Assembly: GCF_032191835.1 (NCBI RefSeq)
Contig: NC_083243.1
Span: 66,402,001 to 66,466,000, forward strand
Origin: Heteronotia binoei
Lineage: Eukaryota
DNA length: 64,000 bases
Direction of reading: 5' to 3'
The notes beneath the pieces are model-generated. The model did not search any database. It was not told where the DNA came from and worked only from the letters and a program-made list of their open reading frames with translations. Shown one piece after another: positions 23,855 to 35,896 of the stretch (the stretch's first letter is position 1; every line of letters begins with the position of its first letter). The position numbers were made by a program, and so were the translations under genes.

Positions 23855-24066
23855 AGGGAGGGAGGGTGGCTCAGTGGTAGAGCATCTGCTTGGGAAGCAG
23901 AAGGTCCCAGGTTCAATCCCTGGCATCTCCAAAAAAGTGTCCAGGCAAATAGGTGTGAAAAACCTCAGCTTGAGACCCTGGAGAGCCGCTGCCAGTCTGA
24001 GAAGACAATACTGACCTTGATGGACCAAGGGTCTGATTCAGTATAAGGCAGCTTCATATGTTCACA
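23855..24066 (+). mobile_element. tRNA(Ala)-derived SINE (Squam2-like) inserted in the Copia RT
   Basis: Head GGCTCAGTGGTAGAGCA...GGTTCAATCCCTGGCATCTCCA (boxes A and B); tail TCAGTATAAGGCAGCTTCATATGTTC; 8 bp TSD TGTACTGG at 23847-23854 and 24067-24074. Confidence 0.85.
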
Positions 24067-27000
24067 TGTACTGGTTGCTTCTTAGGTAAAGTGCTTAGTT
24101 ATTTCAGTATTCTTAACAAAGTCAGTTTCCACTGTGTTCGCATTTTCTAGATCTAACATTCAATTATTTTCTGTCTCTGGTTTAATATATATGAACCATC
24201 TTTCTCTCTTTCAATTTTTATGCTTATGTAGTAAGAAATGTCTCATAGCTCCCTAATTTCTACTTATCTGTTTAGATACTTTCCACATTGTTATAGTCCA
24301 TTTGTCTGTCATAACACAAAATCAAGTCATTGACATATGTGAGAATAAAAGTACAATGTCCACCTTTGGTTTAGCGCACAGACATGAATCCACTTCTGTT
24401 TGCTTAAAAACTTGAGCTGTGAGCACTGTGTGCAATTTTTCGTTCCAGGCATGTGCTGTCTGCTTTAGTCCATAAACCCCCTTCTGTTTGAAGGCTAAAT
24501 TTGGTTGGTTGGGGCCTATAAAAAGTTCTGGCTACTTCATTTACAGATCTTTATGTCTAGATGTTTTACCTGACTCCTCATGGATGCTGCTATTCTTTAA
24601 AGTATTCTGATTGTAGTATGTTTCACTATCAGTACAAAGGTTTCATCAAAATCCTGACCATATTTTTGTGGGAAACCTTTAGTAACTAATTTGTTTTTTA
24701 AGTGTTCCACGTTTCTATTTGCATTTTGTTTACCTTAAATGCCCACTTGCATCCAATACGATTATTTCCTGGTGATAACTTCATCAAGGTCCATATTTTA
24801 TTTTTGTGTAGAGCATCAATTTCCTCTTGTGTTGTCTTCTTCCACCTACTGGCTTCAATTGCTGGCATCTGTTCTACTTCCTTTCTGATAGAAGGCTCCC
24901 ATGGTAAAACCAGTCTTGGAAGGTAGAAAAAACACAAGGTTGGTATGGCTTTGTTCAGTTGTAATGAGCATTGGAGGCGTGGCCCTGGATTTTCATCTGC
25001 TCACAGAGATGTCCAGTCCACCTGTCTTCTCATTCTTATTTATTTATTTTTCCTGTGTTTTACTGCTCTGTATCTCTGGCATGATTGCCTCAGAATCTGC
25101 CATCTTAGGTTGTGTGTCTTTTTCTCATGTTTCATCATTCTGCACTGGTTCAAGATTCAAGAGTTGGCACTGGTCATCTGCCTTTTCTGATCTGATACAG
25201 TTCCTTTTCTACTGGTTCTACTTTCATCAAAGTGAATCACGCGTCTGACATAGTCTTCACCTTTTTCTGGGTGCAGCACTCTATATCCTTTACCTCCAGA
25301 ATCATATCACACAAAAACACTATCTGGTTCTGGGATCTAGTTCCTGTCGTTTCTCTTTCGGTTCATATGCAAAGGTCTTGCTGCTAAATACTTGAACATG
25401 TCTCATGTCTGGCACCTTGCCATGCCATATTGGGTAAGGTGTATGTGTGGTCTCTTTTGTGGGCAGTCTGTTCTGGAGATAGTTTGAAGTCTGGATTGCT
25501 TTGCCCTGTCATTTATTGGATAGGCCTGCATCCATGAGCATGCATTTGCTCATCTCTATTAAAGATGACAGTTTCTTTTCAGCCGTACTATTCTGCTCAG
25601 ATGTAAAGCTTGCCAGCTTCCTGTGCAGGATACCTCCTTCTGTGTGTGATGTGATAAAAACTTACCAGTCTGTAGCATTGTAGAACTATATAAAATCTTT
25701 TAAGCCAGCTTCTATAGTGCTCAGAAGTAAGTTTTTGGATCACCAGTTATCTGTTTGACTCAACCATCCTTATCACAGCAATGTGGAGAAGAACAATGGA
25801 GAATTTTTAAAGATCAAAAAGACAAGAGAATCTGCTAATTAAAGACTTTAAGTCCTTTTTAAACATTAAGTTTAGCCTAAGCTTTTGATAGACACTGGAC
25901 CCATACCTGTTGGGTTTAGTGTTGCAAAAAATCAGTTTACCTTGGAAGCGCAGAGGTTTTACGCAGTATCCTCAGTCCTCCATGTTTCCCAGTTATTCAA
26001 ACAAATTGCAAAGATAATTTGACTCCAGCTGTAACGAGAAAGAAATTTTATTTACCAAGTTAGAAGCAAATTTTACATGACATATATGTACATTTAACTA
26101 ATTGTGAACAGAGATCCAGATGGGTGGATAAAAGGTTAATTTGCTATAGTGCCAAGTTCAGGTAAGAGAGAGAAGAGATGTCCTGTATAAGATAAAGCAG
26201 AAGGCAAGCAATGGCCAAAGAGACTCAACATTTAATCAATGAGAGAGTGGGACCAACTGCCAAGTACCCGTTTGAGAGACTCTCCTTAACCCTTTCCCTC
26301 CCAGATCCTTTTGCATGCAGGTTTACAATATCCAGTACTAATGCTGGTTCTTTTATCTTTTTCTGTGGCTTCAAAGTGGATCGTACAGTTCATATGCTGT
26401 AAACCTACATATAAGACACTCATTGAAAAACTTTCTCAAAATATCTAAGAAAAGAAAAAAATGAAATGTCTAACCTAATTTTAAAGGACATGTTCATTGT
26501 TGTGATTAAAAATCTAGAAAATGACAAGCTTGCTGGAGGGTAGGAGGCTAGTGTTCAGCTCTCTTTTAAACTGACAGGGGTTTGGCATTTTCCTCTCCTC
26601 TTCACTCCTCTCCTCTCCCCAAGTTATGATTCTCTCCAAGTGATGGGGTCTTAATAGTACTTCATAATTTTCTTAAAGGTGCTCTGTGGACTTTTATGTG
26701 TAGGGAAACATAAAGCAGTTTGGTCCACCATGGCCTTCTTGCTCTTAAGAGTAAATTATGTTGAAAAATGCACTCTGTTTTTGAATGATCAGTGCTTCAG
26801 GATTAGTACTTGAAAATACCGTGTATGAACACAGGATTATTGAAATGTTTTGCATGATATTAAAATTCTAGGGCAATAGGACTGAATGGAGACAAACAAC
26901 CAAACTTGTGGGTTTTTTCCTCCTTTATTCTTGTTACACAACTGGGATTTTTTCTTAAATCCAATTTCAGTGCCAATCCAATAATTTTATCAGGTAAAAC

Positions 27001-28094
27001 AATAACTAAAGGAACAAGCATTGCCACTGTAGTTGCTACATTTTAATAAAAACGTACTTTGCAGGTTGACAAATTGCCCATGTCAGTTAATATGGTTATG
27101 ACACCACTTGTTTATCCTTTGTCTACTAGTGGTGAGTTTTTTACTGGATTCAGATGGTATGCAGCCTTAAGGCTGGTGAAAGATGAGGGTTCTGTTCCTC
27201 CAGCTACCATTGCTGAGCTGGACTATTATTGTCTCTTCTGCCTTTCTTGATAGATCTCTCACTTTGCAGAATACAAACTCTTGCTAAATAGTTGCCGTGG
27301 AGAATGCACAATTGGTCAAGGCAGTAAGAAAAGGGTCATTGTGAAATAGGGATGTTGTAGGTTTGATAAATCCATGAAGCTATTGTATCTTGTAGTCTTT
27401 CGTATAATATATAACACTATTTGAATGCTTCTTAGAAATAGATAAAACTTGTTTTCCCAAAGTACATTATGAAAATTAAATGTGGTACACGTGTTGCATC
27501 TGAATACTGTTCAGAATATTTCAAATACAGGTTTTTGTAATTAGACTAGTGACTTTTTGTGATGTGTGTTAGCACTAATCCAAGTAGTTCATGGATAGTG
27601 GACTTTTGCAGTCTGCCAGAAAAACAAACAAACATGGAGATCTGTGTATAGATCCTTTGATTTCTTCCATTACTGTTTTGTTCTCTTTAACTGTTATTTA
27701 CATGTATAACAAACATACAGCCCCCCCTCCCCCATTGCCCTGGAATATCTTAATTCTTTCTTCTATTTTGTACACTGCATACCACTTTTTGGTCTTTTGA
27801 TTACAATAGATTTAGCACACGTGTCATCCCTGCCATCCATGATACATTAACCTTTTAGATATATGGAGTTCACACTGTGAAAAGTATTGTGTAGGGGGTA
27901 CAAAATGGGGATGCCTGACTGATGTGTATCCATTTTGGATACATCATATTGGACTAGAATTTATCCTATCATTAATGGAATAAGTTTGTGGAAGAGTTTT
28001 TTGTCGTCCTTCTCCATCCCGCTACTTTTGAGGTTTGGTGTTCTGTCAGGACCAACCATCTTTCTCCCCAACAGGGATCCAGAGTGGTGTACAT

Positions 28095-28233
28095 CAGGAG
28101 TGGCCAACAGTAGCTCTCCAGATTTTTTTTTTGCCTACAACTCCCAGCAGCCCCAGCCATTGGCCATGCTGGCTGGGGCTGATGGGAGTTGTAGGCAAAA
28201 AAAAATCTGGAGAGCTACCATTGGCCACCCCTG
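28095..28233. mobile_element. Palindromic hAT-type MITE
   Basis: CAGGAGTGGCCAACAGTAGCTCTCCAGAT...ATCTGGAGAGCTACCATTGGCCACCCCTG; perfect 8 bp TSD GTGTACAT. Confidence 0.9.
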
Positions 28234-28241
28234 GTGTACAT

Positions 28242-28408
28242 TATTCTCTCCTCCATTCTTATCCTCACAACATCCTCATGAGGTAGGTTAGACTGAGGGA
28301 GTGTAACTGACTCAGGGTCACTAAGTGAGCTTCCATAGCACAAGTGAGGATTCAAACCCAGGTCTCCAAGATACTAGTCTGACAGTCTTAACCACTACAG
28401 CTAATTGG
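28242..28408 (-). mobile_element. tRNA-derived SINE (Squam3-like), old copy
   Basis: On the minus strand: GCTGTAGTGGTTAAG head, GGTTTGAATCCTCACT box B, GGATGTTGTGAGGATAAGAATGGAGGAGAG core. Confidence 0.6.
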
Positions 28409-28883
28409 CACACCACATTGGATGTTAGACAAGTAGTTGTAGTTAGAAAGGGAAATCTGCAGAATCCCCTCCCCCCACCCCCCAGACTCTTGCATCAGTC
28501 ACCACCAGAGATACAATAGAAAAATGAAGATGGGCAGAGAGCTCATAGTGTGAGCCTGGATGAAATTTGAGGTTGTAAAGAGTGGCTTTTTTCTGAACTG
28601 GACTTGGTGATACTGAAATATGATGACAATAGTAATATATTCGTTATTATTATTTGCAAAAAAGGCAGTTTAGAAATATAAAGGTATTAAAAATATGAGA
28701 AATCTATTCAGAACCATGTGAAAAATTATGTTTCTAGTAGTGTTTTACCTTTGCATAGGGAATTCAGTGTAACTTGTCTCTTACTTTGTCTTAAATTCAG
28801 TGTTGTAGGGTTTTTGTAGATATTTTCAGCAGATTTATAATAATTACTGTGTTTGTGTGAGGAAAAGCCCCCTTACAGAACAT

Positions 28884-30124
28884 TGTGATTACCAGCTTGG
28901 TTGCTAGAACACTTGGAGAAGTGACTCGCACACGTCTGGCCAGAGAGTGTGGGTAAACCTATCCAGGGGCAAAAGGCACTTGTGCAGTACAAGCAGCCAG
29001 GATGCTACTAAGGCACTCTAAACCGGTATAAGAGTGTCCACTAGGAGAACGGATGGTTTCCCGTTGTTCTGTATGACAGCCATCCCAGTATTGAAGCGGA
29101 GGAAACTGCTCCGCCAGGAGCTATCCAGGCGAACGGTTATGAGGGCTAACACCACACGCAGCCATCTTCCTACCAGGCTTGACTCCATTCCAGCAAAGCA
29201 AATGGCTCACGTACACACCAGATGTCACCTATGCCTGCAAGCAACCCACCCACCTCAGGAGTGGTTAAATCGTCCAGTCGCCACTTTCTTTGTTTAAAGG
29301 AACTCTAGACAAAGACTGGTGCCCAGAAGAAGAGGAAGACCATCTTCAGCCAGAGCCAAGTTCCTTTGTATAGACTGGGTGTTACCTAGGCCAGGATTTG
29401 ACTTTCTATTGTCACCCTTTTAGACAAGTCCAATAGTCCTAAGTATCTCCCCACCCAAGTAATCTTTCCATTCTTCTCCCCAACTGCCAGTTTGGAGCCT
29501 CCCCCTGGTCTGTTTCAACCTGAAAGTTCTCTCAGGTATCCAGGATCCAGGCAAGTCCATTGGTCAAGAGCAAGCACCCAATTAGGTGACACCAATGAAC
29601 TTCCCATTGACTATCGTAGTAGTCCAGCCCTTATGGTCACTGCGAAGCCTCCCCTTTTCGTGAGGTCATGCACCAGCTGACCCCCTTCCTCCTCCCTCGT
29701 ACCTTCCATCCCCTAAGGGCTCAAGAGAGTCCTTATAATCTGTGGACTAGCTATCCACAGGTGTGCTTCTATCAGTATCCCAACTTCCGCTGCATAGATC
29801 CATCCCTGATTCCTGATCAGTTTCGGGTCCCTTCTCCCATTTCCTCGCTTGTCGCCATTGGAGCCTTCCTCGAAGACTACGATAGGTAAATATCGCCCTG
29901 TTTGTCTACCCATGTGTTCCCCTATCTCTCTATCTACGTTTCCTAGGACTGAATGTCTGTTTTGATGATTATTTTATCTTGTATGGAAGCCTATATTTTT
30001 CTTAATAAATTATAATTGTTTTACTTAATTAGAGTTCCTAATATTTTAAGCATTACTTTTCTGGACGTGGAATCCTGTATAAACAGGTAAAAAGATCCTG
30101 AGTGAGCCAGGTGCCCACCTGACA
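28884..30124 (+). mobile_element. Probable solo LTR (~1.24 kb; family unresolved)
   Basis: TGTGA...TGACA ends; more GC/CpG-rich than the flanks; AATAAA at 30004-30009 near the 3' end; no coding motifs; no TSD found. Confidence 0.5.
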
Positions 30125-31503
30125 ATTCCCCAACCTTGTTTTGAGGGCATTTTGGCTTACATTTAGTCACTATTATTTAAACAGTTTCTCAGTTGGCCTT
30201 TTTATCAAATCCTATAAAGCCCTTAGAAATTAACAAGCATCCTGGAAGTCCATTTCCTCTGGAGCCCTCTGTTTCAAAGCACTTCAGATTGTAGCGCATA
30301 TTGGAAAATGCCTGAAAGTGTGTTGTCTCTAATGGCATGGTCTCTGCAGTGTCTCTTAGTTAAATTAAATGTTGGCAGGTATTTATGCCATCTATGATTT
30401 AGCATTGTTTCAGGAGATGTTTATTATCATTTTACACTGCTCCATCATTGAGTTACTGCATTCTGTATGGCAGAAGGTTAGTGTGGTAAGAAGATTATTG
30501 GGTAGAGATGTTCTAAAAATTCCATGAAAAACCAATTAAATACATTAACTTGTAAAATATATTAAATGTAAAAGTAATGTTCTTCAGAAGAATTTTTGGA
30601 AAGGTTCTGTTTCAGTTGATATATTTCACACCAGAATGTCCTTTGGTAACCTGGAGAGTATTTAAAACAAGTGTGAGAAACTGAATCGGCAGGCTCCTCT
30701 GGCTGCGGGGGTTCTAAAATAAAAATATTCACATTGGAGTGCAATTATTATGTTTAGCATTCTACTGTAACAGTTTTATCATGTTAGTCCATATGTTACA
30801 GGAAGGTGTTCTTTTTATCTTGAAGACTTTTAATTGATTTGAAAACCAGCATGAAAATATTGAAGCCTGATTTGGAAACAAAATATGACAGCAAAGATTT
30901 TTCAAAAGACAAATGCAAATAATTATGTTTTGAATATGAGGGCAGAAAGGCTCCCACCTCCTGGCTTTCCACAAACTATGCAAAACTGAATTATTCAGGA
31001 GGGCTTTTTTACACATGTAATTAGGGCTGTACTGTAATAAAATGTTTCAGACAGATGCTTTGGGAAAGGTATAGGGTTATGGACTATACTACTGTGTATA
31101 GTATGTGCCATCTGCTTTACTAAGCATGATCCTACTATGTAATTTCTGCATTGTTTAACATGGCATGTTAATTCTTAGCTTTGTTTCAACTTCATTTTTA
31201 TATTTATGCTTGTTTTCAGGTTTTTGCAATCCAAACCTTATTGCTTTGTTTAATTGACTTTCCGACCCTGTTGGTTGTATTTAACTTACATTGTGTAATC
31301 TGCCTTGGGTCTCAGCGAGAAAGGTGGACTATAAATAATGTAAATCAATAAATATTAGGCTGTCAGATGTACTTGCAGTTTAGCACCGTTTAGTATTTAT
31401 TGTGCATTTACAAATATAAGACTGACTAATGGCATGCTGGATCAGAGCTGAGGCAGATCTTATTTCTCCCTTCATGCTATCCCCATTCCTAGGAGTAGCA
31501 TTT

Positions 31504-31665
31504 CAGGGGGCATTCTGGATAGTATTTGGATGGAAGACACCAAGGCAATCCAGGTTTGCTGTGCAGAGGCAGGCAAAGGCTAACCACCTCTGAATGTCGC
31601 TTGCCTTGAAAACCCAAGGAGTCACTTAAGTCAACTGTGACTTGATGGCACTTTCGACTACCACC
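31504..31665 (+). mobile_element. 5S rRNA-derived SINE fragment with a Sauria/BovB-like tail
   Basis: CTGGATAGTATTTGGATGGAAGAC resembles the 5S internal control region (CTGGTTAGTACTTGGATGGGAGAC); followed by CAGAGGCAGGCAA...GCCTTGAAAACC. Confidence 0.6.
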
Positions 31666-32221
31666 AGGAAGGAAGAGGTGGAAGTTAGAAATCACAGATT
31701 GAAATCTCTTCCATCCATGGAAACCTTCTGGTGGTTCTAAGCCAAAAGTTGCATGCTCTCTTGTGTTCTATATCCAGCAGTGAGAAACCAAAGATTATTG
31801 GGCAAAAGTGACATTTTCTGTCTGTAAGCTTGACAGTCTGATGATGTTTTCAGATAATATGGACTATTTTGACATGTTTGAAAACTAGTAAAGCTGTGCA
31901 TTTGGAAACAAATACAGTGATGATACGTATGCCATATGTGACAATTTATGTTGGCGTGTACTTGAAATGGCATACGTAATATAGTAAAATATAGGTATTA
32001 AAACTTTTACTGCTGACCTTATGTTTTTGTACTATTTCTAATGTATCTTAAGATTCCTCATTTTTGGTAATTCTTAAATATCACTGGTGAGCTAAAGCTT
32101 GTGTGAAAATTTGAGAGGGAAGGTTTTCAAACTTGCACATGTTGCATATAAATCTATATTGCAAAAAAAAGTACTAATATTATGTTTGTAGATATGAGTA
32201 TGAAATGACTGTCCTCACCAG

Positions 32222-32392
32222 GATAGCCCAGGATCTTGGAAGAGCTAAGCAGAATTGGTCTTGCTTAGTACGTGGATGGGAGAATGAAGTCCAAGGTCGC
32301 TATTCAGAGGCAGGCAATGTCAAATTGCCTCTGAATGCCTCTTGCCTTGAAAATCATATGGGGGGTCACTAAGTTGGTTGCAGCTTGACAGC
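32222..32392 (+). mobile_element. 5S rRNA-derived SINE with a Sauria/BovB-like tail
   Basis: GATCTTGGAAGAGCTAAGCAG...TTAGTACGTGGATGGGAGA matches 5S box A/IE/box C; same tail as the 31504 copy. Confidence 0.7.
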
Positions 32393-32965
32393 AAAAAATA
32401 TAAAATCATTGCTACGTATTAACCTAATATGTAATCTGTGACTAGTTTAAAAATAGTACTGGCAATAAAAGTAAGCATATAACCATGTTTCTGGGGTTAT
32501 TCCAACTCGAGTACTTGATGTTTCTTGATTCCTGGTTATTGTGTAGATTTCTACAGCATCAAGCAAACAGCTTGGATAGGTGGCAGGTAGGATGCTATGA
32601 AGTCTGTGTCTCTACAATCTATGCTAGATGTGAATTAGTAACATGCTGTCTTTTTCTTAGTTCTGTATTAGTGTCTTTCTACTCTTATTATTATTATTTG
32701 CCTCATTTGATATCATACCTAAATCTCAACATGGCCTCATTGGTGAATACTTAAATCTGGAGACTGGGACCATGAACAGGTAAGGCAGATCTTACTGAAA
32801 ACCTGAAAAAAGAGCACCACTGAGGGTTAAACATCCCTCCCCCCAAATAATAAAAACAGTACCATTCACTTTAAGAAATGAATTTACTCTTGGTAGCTTC
32901 TGTTAGGCTCCGGTAAAACAGAGCTGTTCCACCGGGCCTGAGGCAGCAGACATCTAAGTCATCCT

Positions 32966-33251
32966 GAGAGCCAGTTTGGTGTAGTGGTTAAGTGCATGGA
33001 CTCTTATCTGGAAGAACTGGGTTTGGTTCCCCACTCCTCCACTTGCAGCTGCTGGAATGGCCTTGGGTCAGCCATAGCTCTAGTAGGAGTTGTCCTTGAA
33101 AGGGCAGCTTCTGTAAGAGCTCTCTCAGCCCCACCTACCTCACAGGGTGTCTGTTGTGGCGGGGTGGGGAAGGAAGGTAAGGGAGATTGTGACCACTCTG
33201 AGATGCTGAGATTCAGAGTATAGGGTGGGATATAAATCCAGTATCTTCTTC
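32966..33251 (+). mobile_element. Squam3-type tRNA-derived SINE, full length
   Basis: GAGAGCCAGTTTGGTGTAGTGGTTAAG head, GGTTTGGTTCCCCACTCC box B, GATATAAATCCAGTATCTTCTT tail; closely similar to 62738-63012. Confidence 0.85.
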
Positions 33252-33522
33252 ATCGTCTTGGCCTCCCTTGCTCTCACTGCTGCATGGTCTGTACTGTTGC
33301 AGTGTTAATAGTGCCCATTCTGACTGGCCCTGCTTAAGAGATCAACAAAGCATCACCAGGCAACAGGTTGCAGTGTATGGCCATCTAACTGGCTTCCTTA
33401 GGAGGCACCTGAAGTCCCAGAACAGCTGCCATCATAGATATGATTAGTAAATTTATTATTAGTTGTTAATTTAGATTATTTTTTTTTATATTTGTATTCT
33501 ATATATTTTACTGATGTGTTGT

Positions 33523-33624
33523 ACCTGTCCTGAGCCCACTTGTGGGGGAGGGCAGGCTATAAATCAAATAAATACCTGCCCTGAGCTTGCTTGTGGGGGA
33601 GGGCAGGATATAAATCAAATAAAT
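33523..33624 (+). repeat. Tandem pair of 51 bp L2-type 3' tails
   Basis: ACCTGTCCTGAGCCCACTTGTGGGGGAGGGCAGGCTATAAATCAAATAAAT followed by ACCTGCCCTGAGCTTGCTTGTGGGGGAGGGCAGGATATAAATCAAATAAAT. Confidence 0.7.
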
Positions 33625-33784
33625 AAAGAATATTGCTGGGGGGGTGGGGCCTTTTCTGGGGCTGCTTTAGCCTTTTGAAGGAGAACTCATGGGGCCAGGC
33701 AGTAACCACCAGTCTACTTGTTATTGCTGTACTTTCATGATTCACACCAGGTTGGCTGACTGCTCAACAACAGCCACCACATGA

Positions 33785-33985
33785 AAAGCTAGTGTAGTGT
33801 AATAGTTAGAGATACAGACAAGGATCTGGGAGATCCAACTTCAAATTCCCACTCTACTGTAGAAGTATTTGGCTGACCTTGGTCCAGTAACATACTTTTA
33901 GGCTAGCCTGCCTCATAAAATTATTTGTGAAGATAAAGTGGAGGAGAGGAGAATGCTGAAAGCTGTTTTGGGTTTCTATTATGGA
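33785..33985 (+). mobile_element. tRNA-derived SINE (Squam3-like), old copy
   Basis: GCTAGTGTAGTGTAATAGTTAG head; TTCAAATTCCCACTC box B; GAAGATAAAGTGGAGGAGAGGAGAATG core. Confidence 0.55.
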
Positions 33986-34019
33986 CAAAGTTGAGCTGTG
34001 AAGAAAATAAGTAAATTTA

Positions 34020-34195
34020 GCTGAAGATGATGGAGGGCATTTAAAAGATCGGTTGATGGGGTGGAAGATGAAAATGAAGCAGGGCAGGGTGTGAGGATAT
34101 GGAGACAGCCAGGAAGAAGAAAAGAATAAATATGTGGGGAAGAGGGATACAGGAAAAAGTGAGGTGCCCCTTGCAAACCTTGTGAGTTTTTCATG
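34020..34195 (+). repeat. Copy of the hairpin-ended repeat family
   Basis: Aligns with the reverse complement of 6285-6440 (GGATATGG.G.C.GCCAGGA.GAAGAAAAGA block). Confidence 0.5.
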
Positions 34196-34245
34196 GAATT
34201 CTTCCTCAAGTGATTTGGTAGTAGATAATTAGATAGATAGATTAG

Positions 34246-34740
34246 ATAATTTTATTTATATCCCGCCCTCCCCGCCGGGGCAGGCTCAGGGCGGCTAACA
34301 GTAACATTCCATTATACAGAGACAGGTTACATTCAACATTAAAAATTCTAATAGGTTTAAAATTAATTAATTTAATAAAAATGTTAATGCTATTGCTATT
34401 TGTTCTTTATTATGATGGCCGTCTCATTAGCAATTACTTTCCTCGTCAGCGAAAGCCAGTCGGAAGAGGAAAGTCTTGCAGGCCCTGCGGAATTGTTCAA
34501 GGTCCCGCAGGGCCCGCATTTCCTCTGGAAGTTGGTTCCATAAGTTCGGGGCTACAGAGGAGAAGGCCCGATTTCAGGTGCATTGCAGCTTCACCTCTCT
34601 TGGTCCGGGGGTGGTCAACAAGTTTTTTCCAGCTGACCTCAGTGCTCTCTGGGGCTCATATGGGGAGAGACGGTCCCTAAGGTAGACAGGTCCTCGACCA
34701 TGTAGGGCTTTAAAGGTAATGACCAGCACTTTGTATCCAG
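34246..34740 (-). mobile_element. L2-clade LINE 3' fragment
   Basis: Tail TTTATTTATATCCCGCCCTCCCCGCCGGGGCAGGCTCAGGGCGGCT (also at ~51300); minus strand reads KVLVITFKALHG..PVYLRDRLSPY, the L2 C-terminus. Confidence 0.8.
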
Positions 34741-34779
34741 CACTTAGTGTTTTTCCTTGAGAGAAACTGTCAGAGAAGA

Positions 34780-34950
34780 GAAACAGGGAAAGCTGAAGAC
34801 AGATGCAGATATAGGTAGGCTGGCTCAGGGTTAGGAGGGAGAGAAGGAAGGAAATGGGGACCAGCTATAGGGGCTTTCAGGGAAGGGAAAGATGAAATAG
34901 TGAGGGAAGGAAAAATGAAATTCTTCTACAAGCCCTTGCAAGTCTTTCAT
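34780..34950 (+). repeat. Copy of the hairpin-ended repeat family
   Basis: Aligns with the reverse complement of 9040-9230. Confidence 0.45.
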
Positions 34951-35229
34951 GGGCCTTTTAGATTAAGGTCAATGAGGGAAAAGAAAGTAGGCTAGAATGT
35001 TTTATAAAACGTCAGCTTGCAGCAGTGCACAGCCTAACCTAATTAAATCTGCATAACACCACCCCTAATCAGCCTTAAACATTTCAGACTAAGGATTCCT
35101 CATTATTACATTATTTTTGTCTCGCCCACCAGTTGCTGAATATCTTCCTTCAAGAAGAACTCTGGAGATCTCACGTCTTTGATCATTGCTGAGTGGGTGA
35201 AACATAATCTTAGAATGCCCCTGGAAGAG

Positions 35230-35640
35230 CATTCCCTCTGGGACTAAGAACCTTCCAGTGGTCCCTGGCCCAAGAGAGATCTGGCTGACCTCAACTAGTG
35301 GAACTCCCTGCCTGAGGACATCTGTGCCCTATGGGATTTATGACCTTTCTGTAAGGCATGCAAGGCAGAGATGTTTTGCCAGGTATTTGGTTGAGGATAG
35401 CAAGGTCTGCCACTCTCACATCCTGGCCTGCCCCCTTTCACTTTCCTACATTCCCTCTAGCCTAGGGCCAAATGGGTACTGAAATTTTTATCACCATCTT
35501 GGATAGCGTATTATTTTATTATTGATACATAGTATTTTAATGTTCTTAAAACAGTTGTTTACTATTTATTGTATTTTTCCCCTGATGTAAGCCACACTGA
35601 GCTCAGTTTGCAAGGCCAACAAATCAAATCTAATAAATAA
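35230..35640 (+). mobile_element. L2-clade LINE 3' fragment
   Basis: GACCTCAAC and GGAACTCCCTGCC blocks resemble 765-810; T-rich UTR and GTAAGCCACACTGAGC...AATAAATAATAA tail. Confidence 0.55.
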
Positions 35641-35896
35641 TAACAGTTTATTGATGTTGCTTATTTATAAGGGAGATTACAGAATATAAAATGGTATGAC
35701 CCGATACCGTAAAACAATTAAACTAGTGAGCAATGCAATAGTACTAGGATTACAGAATTAGAAAATAATAAACACAGCAAATATGGCAAGGTGTGCTGTA
35801 ACAATGCAGAAAGTAGAATGCATTTAAATAAAACCAATAAAACAATGAAAAGAAATGTGGCCAACACATAGTAAAAGCTGTTTTGAGTTCTTTTCT

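Larger units (their letters stand above)
22457..26409 (-). mobile_element. Decayed Ty1/Copia LTR retrotransposon with gag-protease deleted
   Basis: Minus-strand order: 5' LTR (25908-~26409); PBS GGTATGGGTCCAG (25895-25907); integrase (EQNSTAEKKLSSLIEMSKCMLMDAGL..YLQNRLPTK, ~25450-25620); RT (WKKTTQEEIDALHKNKIWTLMKLSPGNNRIGCKWAFKV, ~24720-24850); RNase H (GGLISWASRKQTIVSLPSTESEY, ~23345-23417); 3' LTR (22457-~23010). Integrase before RT is the Copia order. Confidence 0.85.

Noticed and set aside
23860-23931. tRNA-like cloverleaf with a GGG anticodon
   Set aside because: Acceptor stem is mispaired, the sequence continues into a SINE body and is bounded by an 8 bp TSD; it is a SINE head, not a tRNA gene
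26971-27131. Further pseudo-exons (26971-26993 and 27065-27131)
   Set aside because: Weak polypyrimidine tracts and no supporting motif clusters; expected background in a 48 kb intron
32222-32285. 5S rRNA gene
   Set aside because: Only a diverged internal segment fused to a SINE tail
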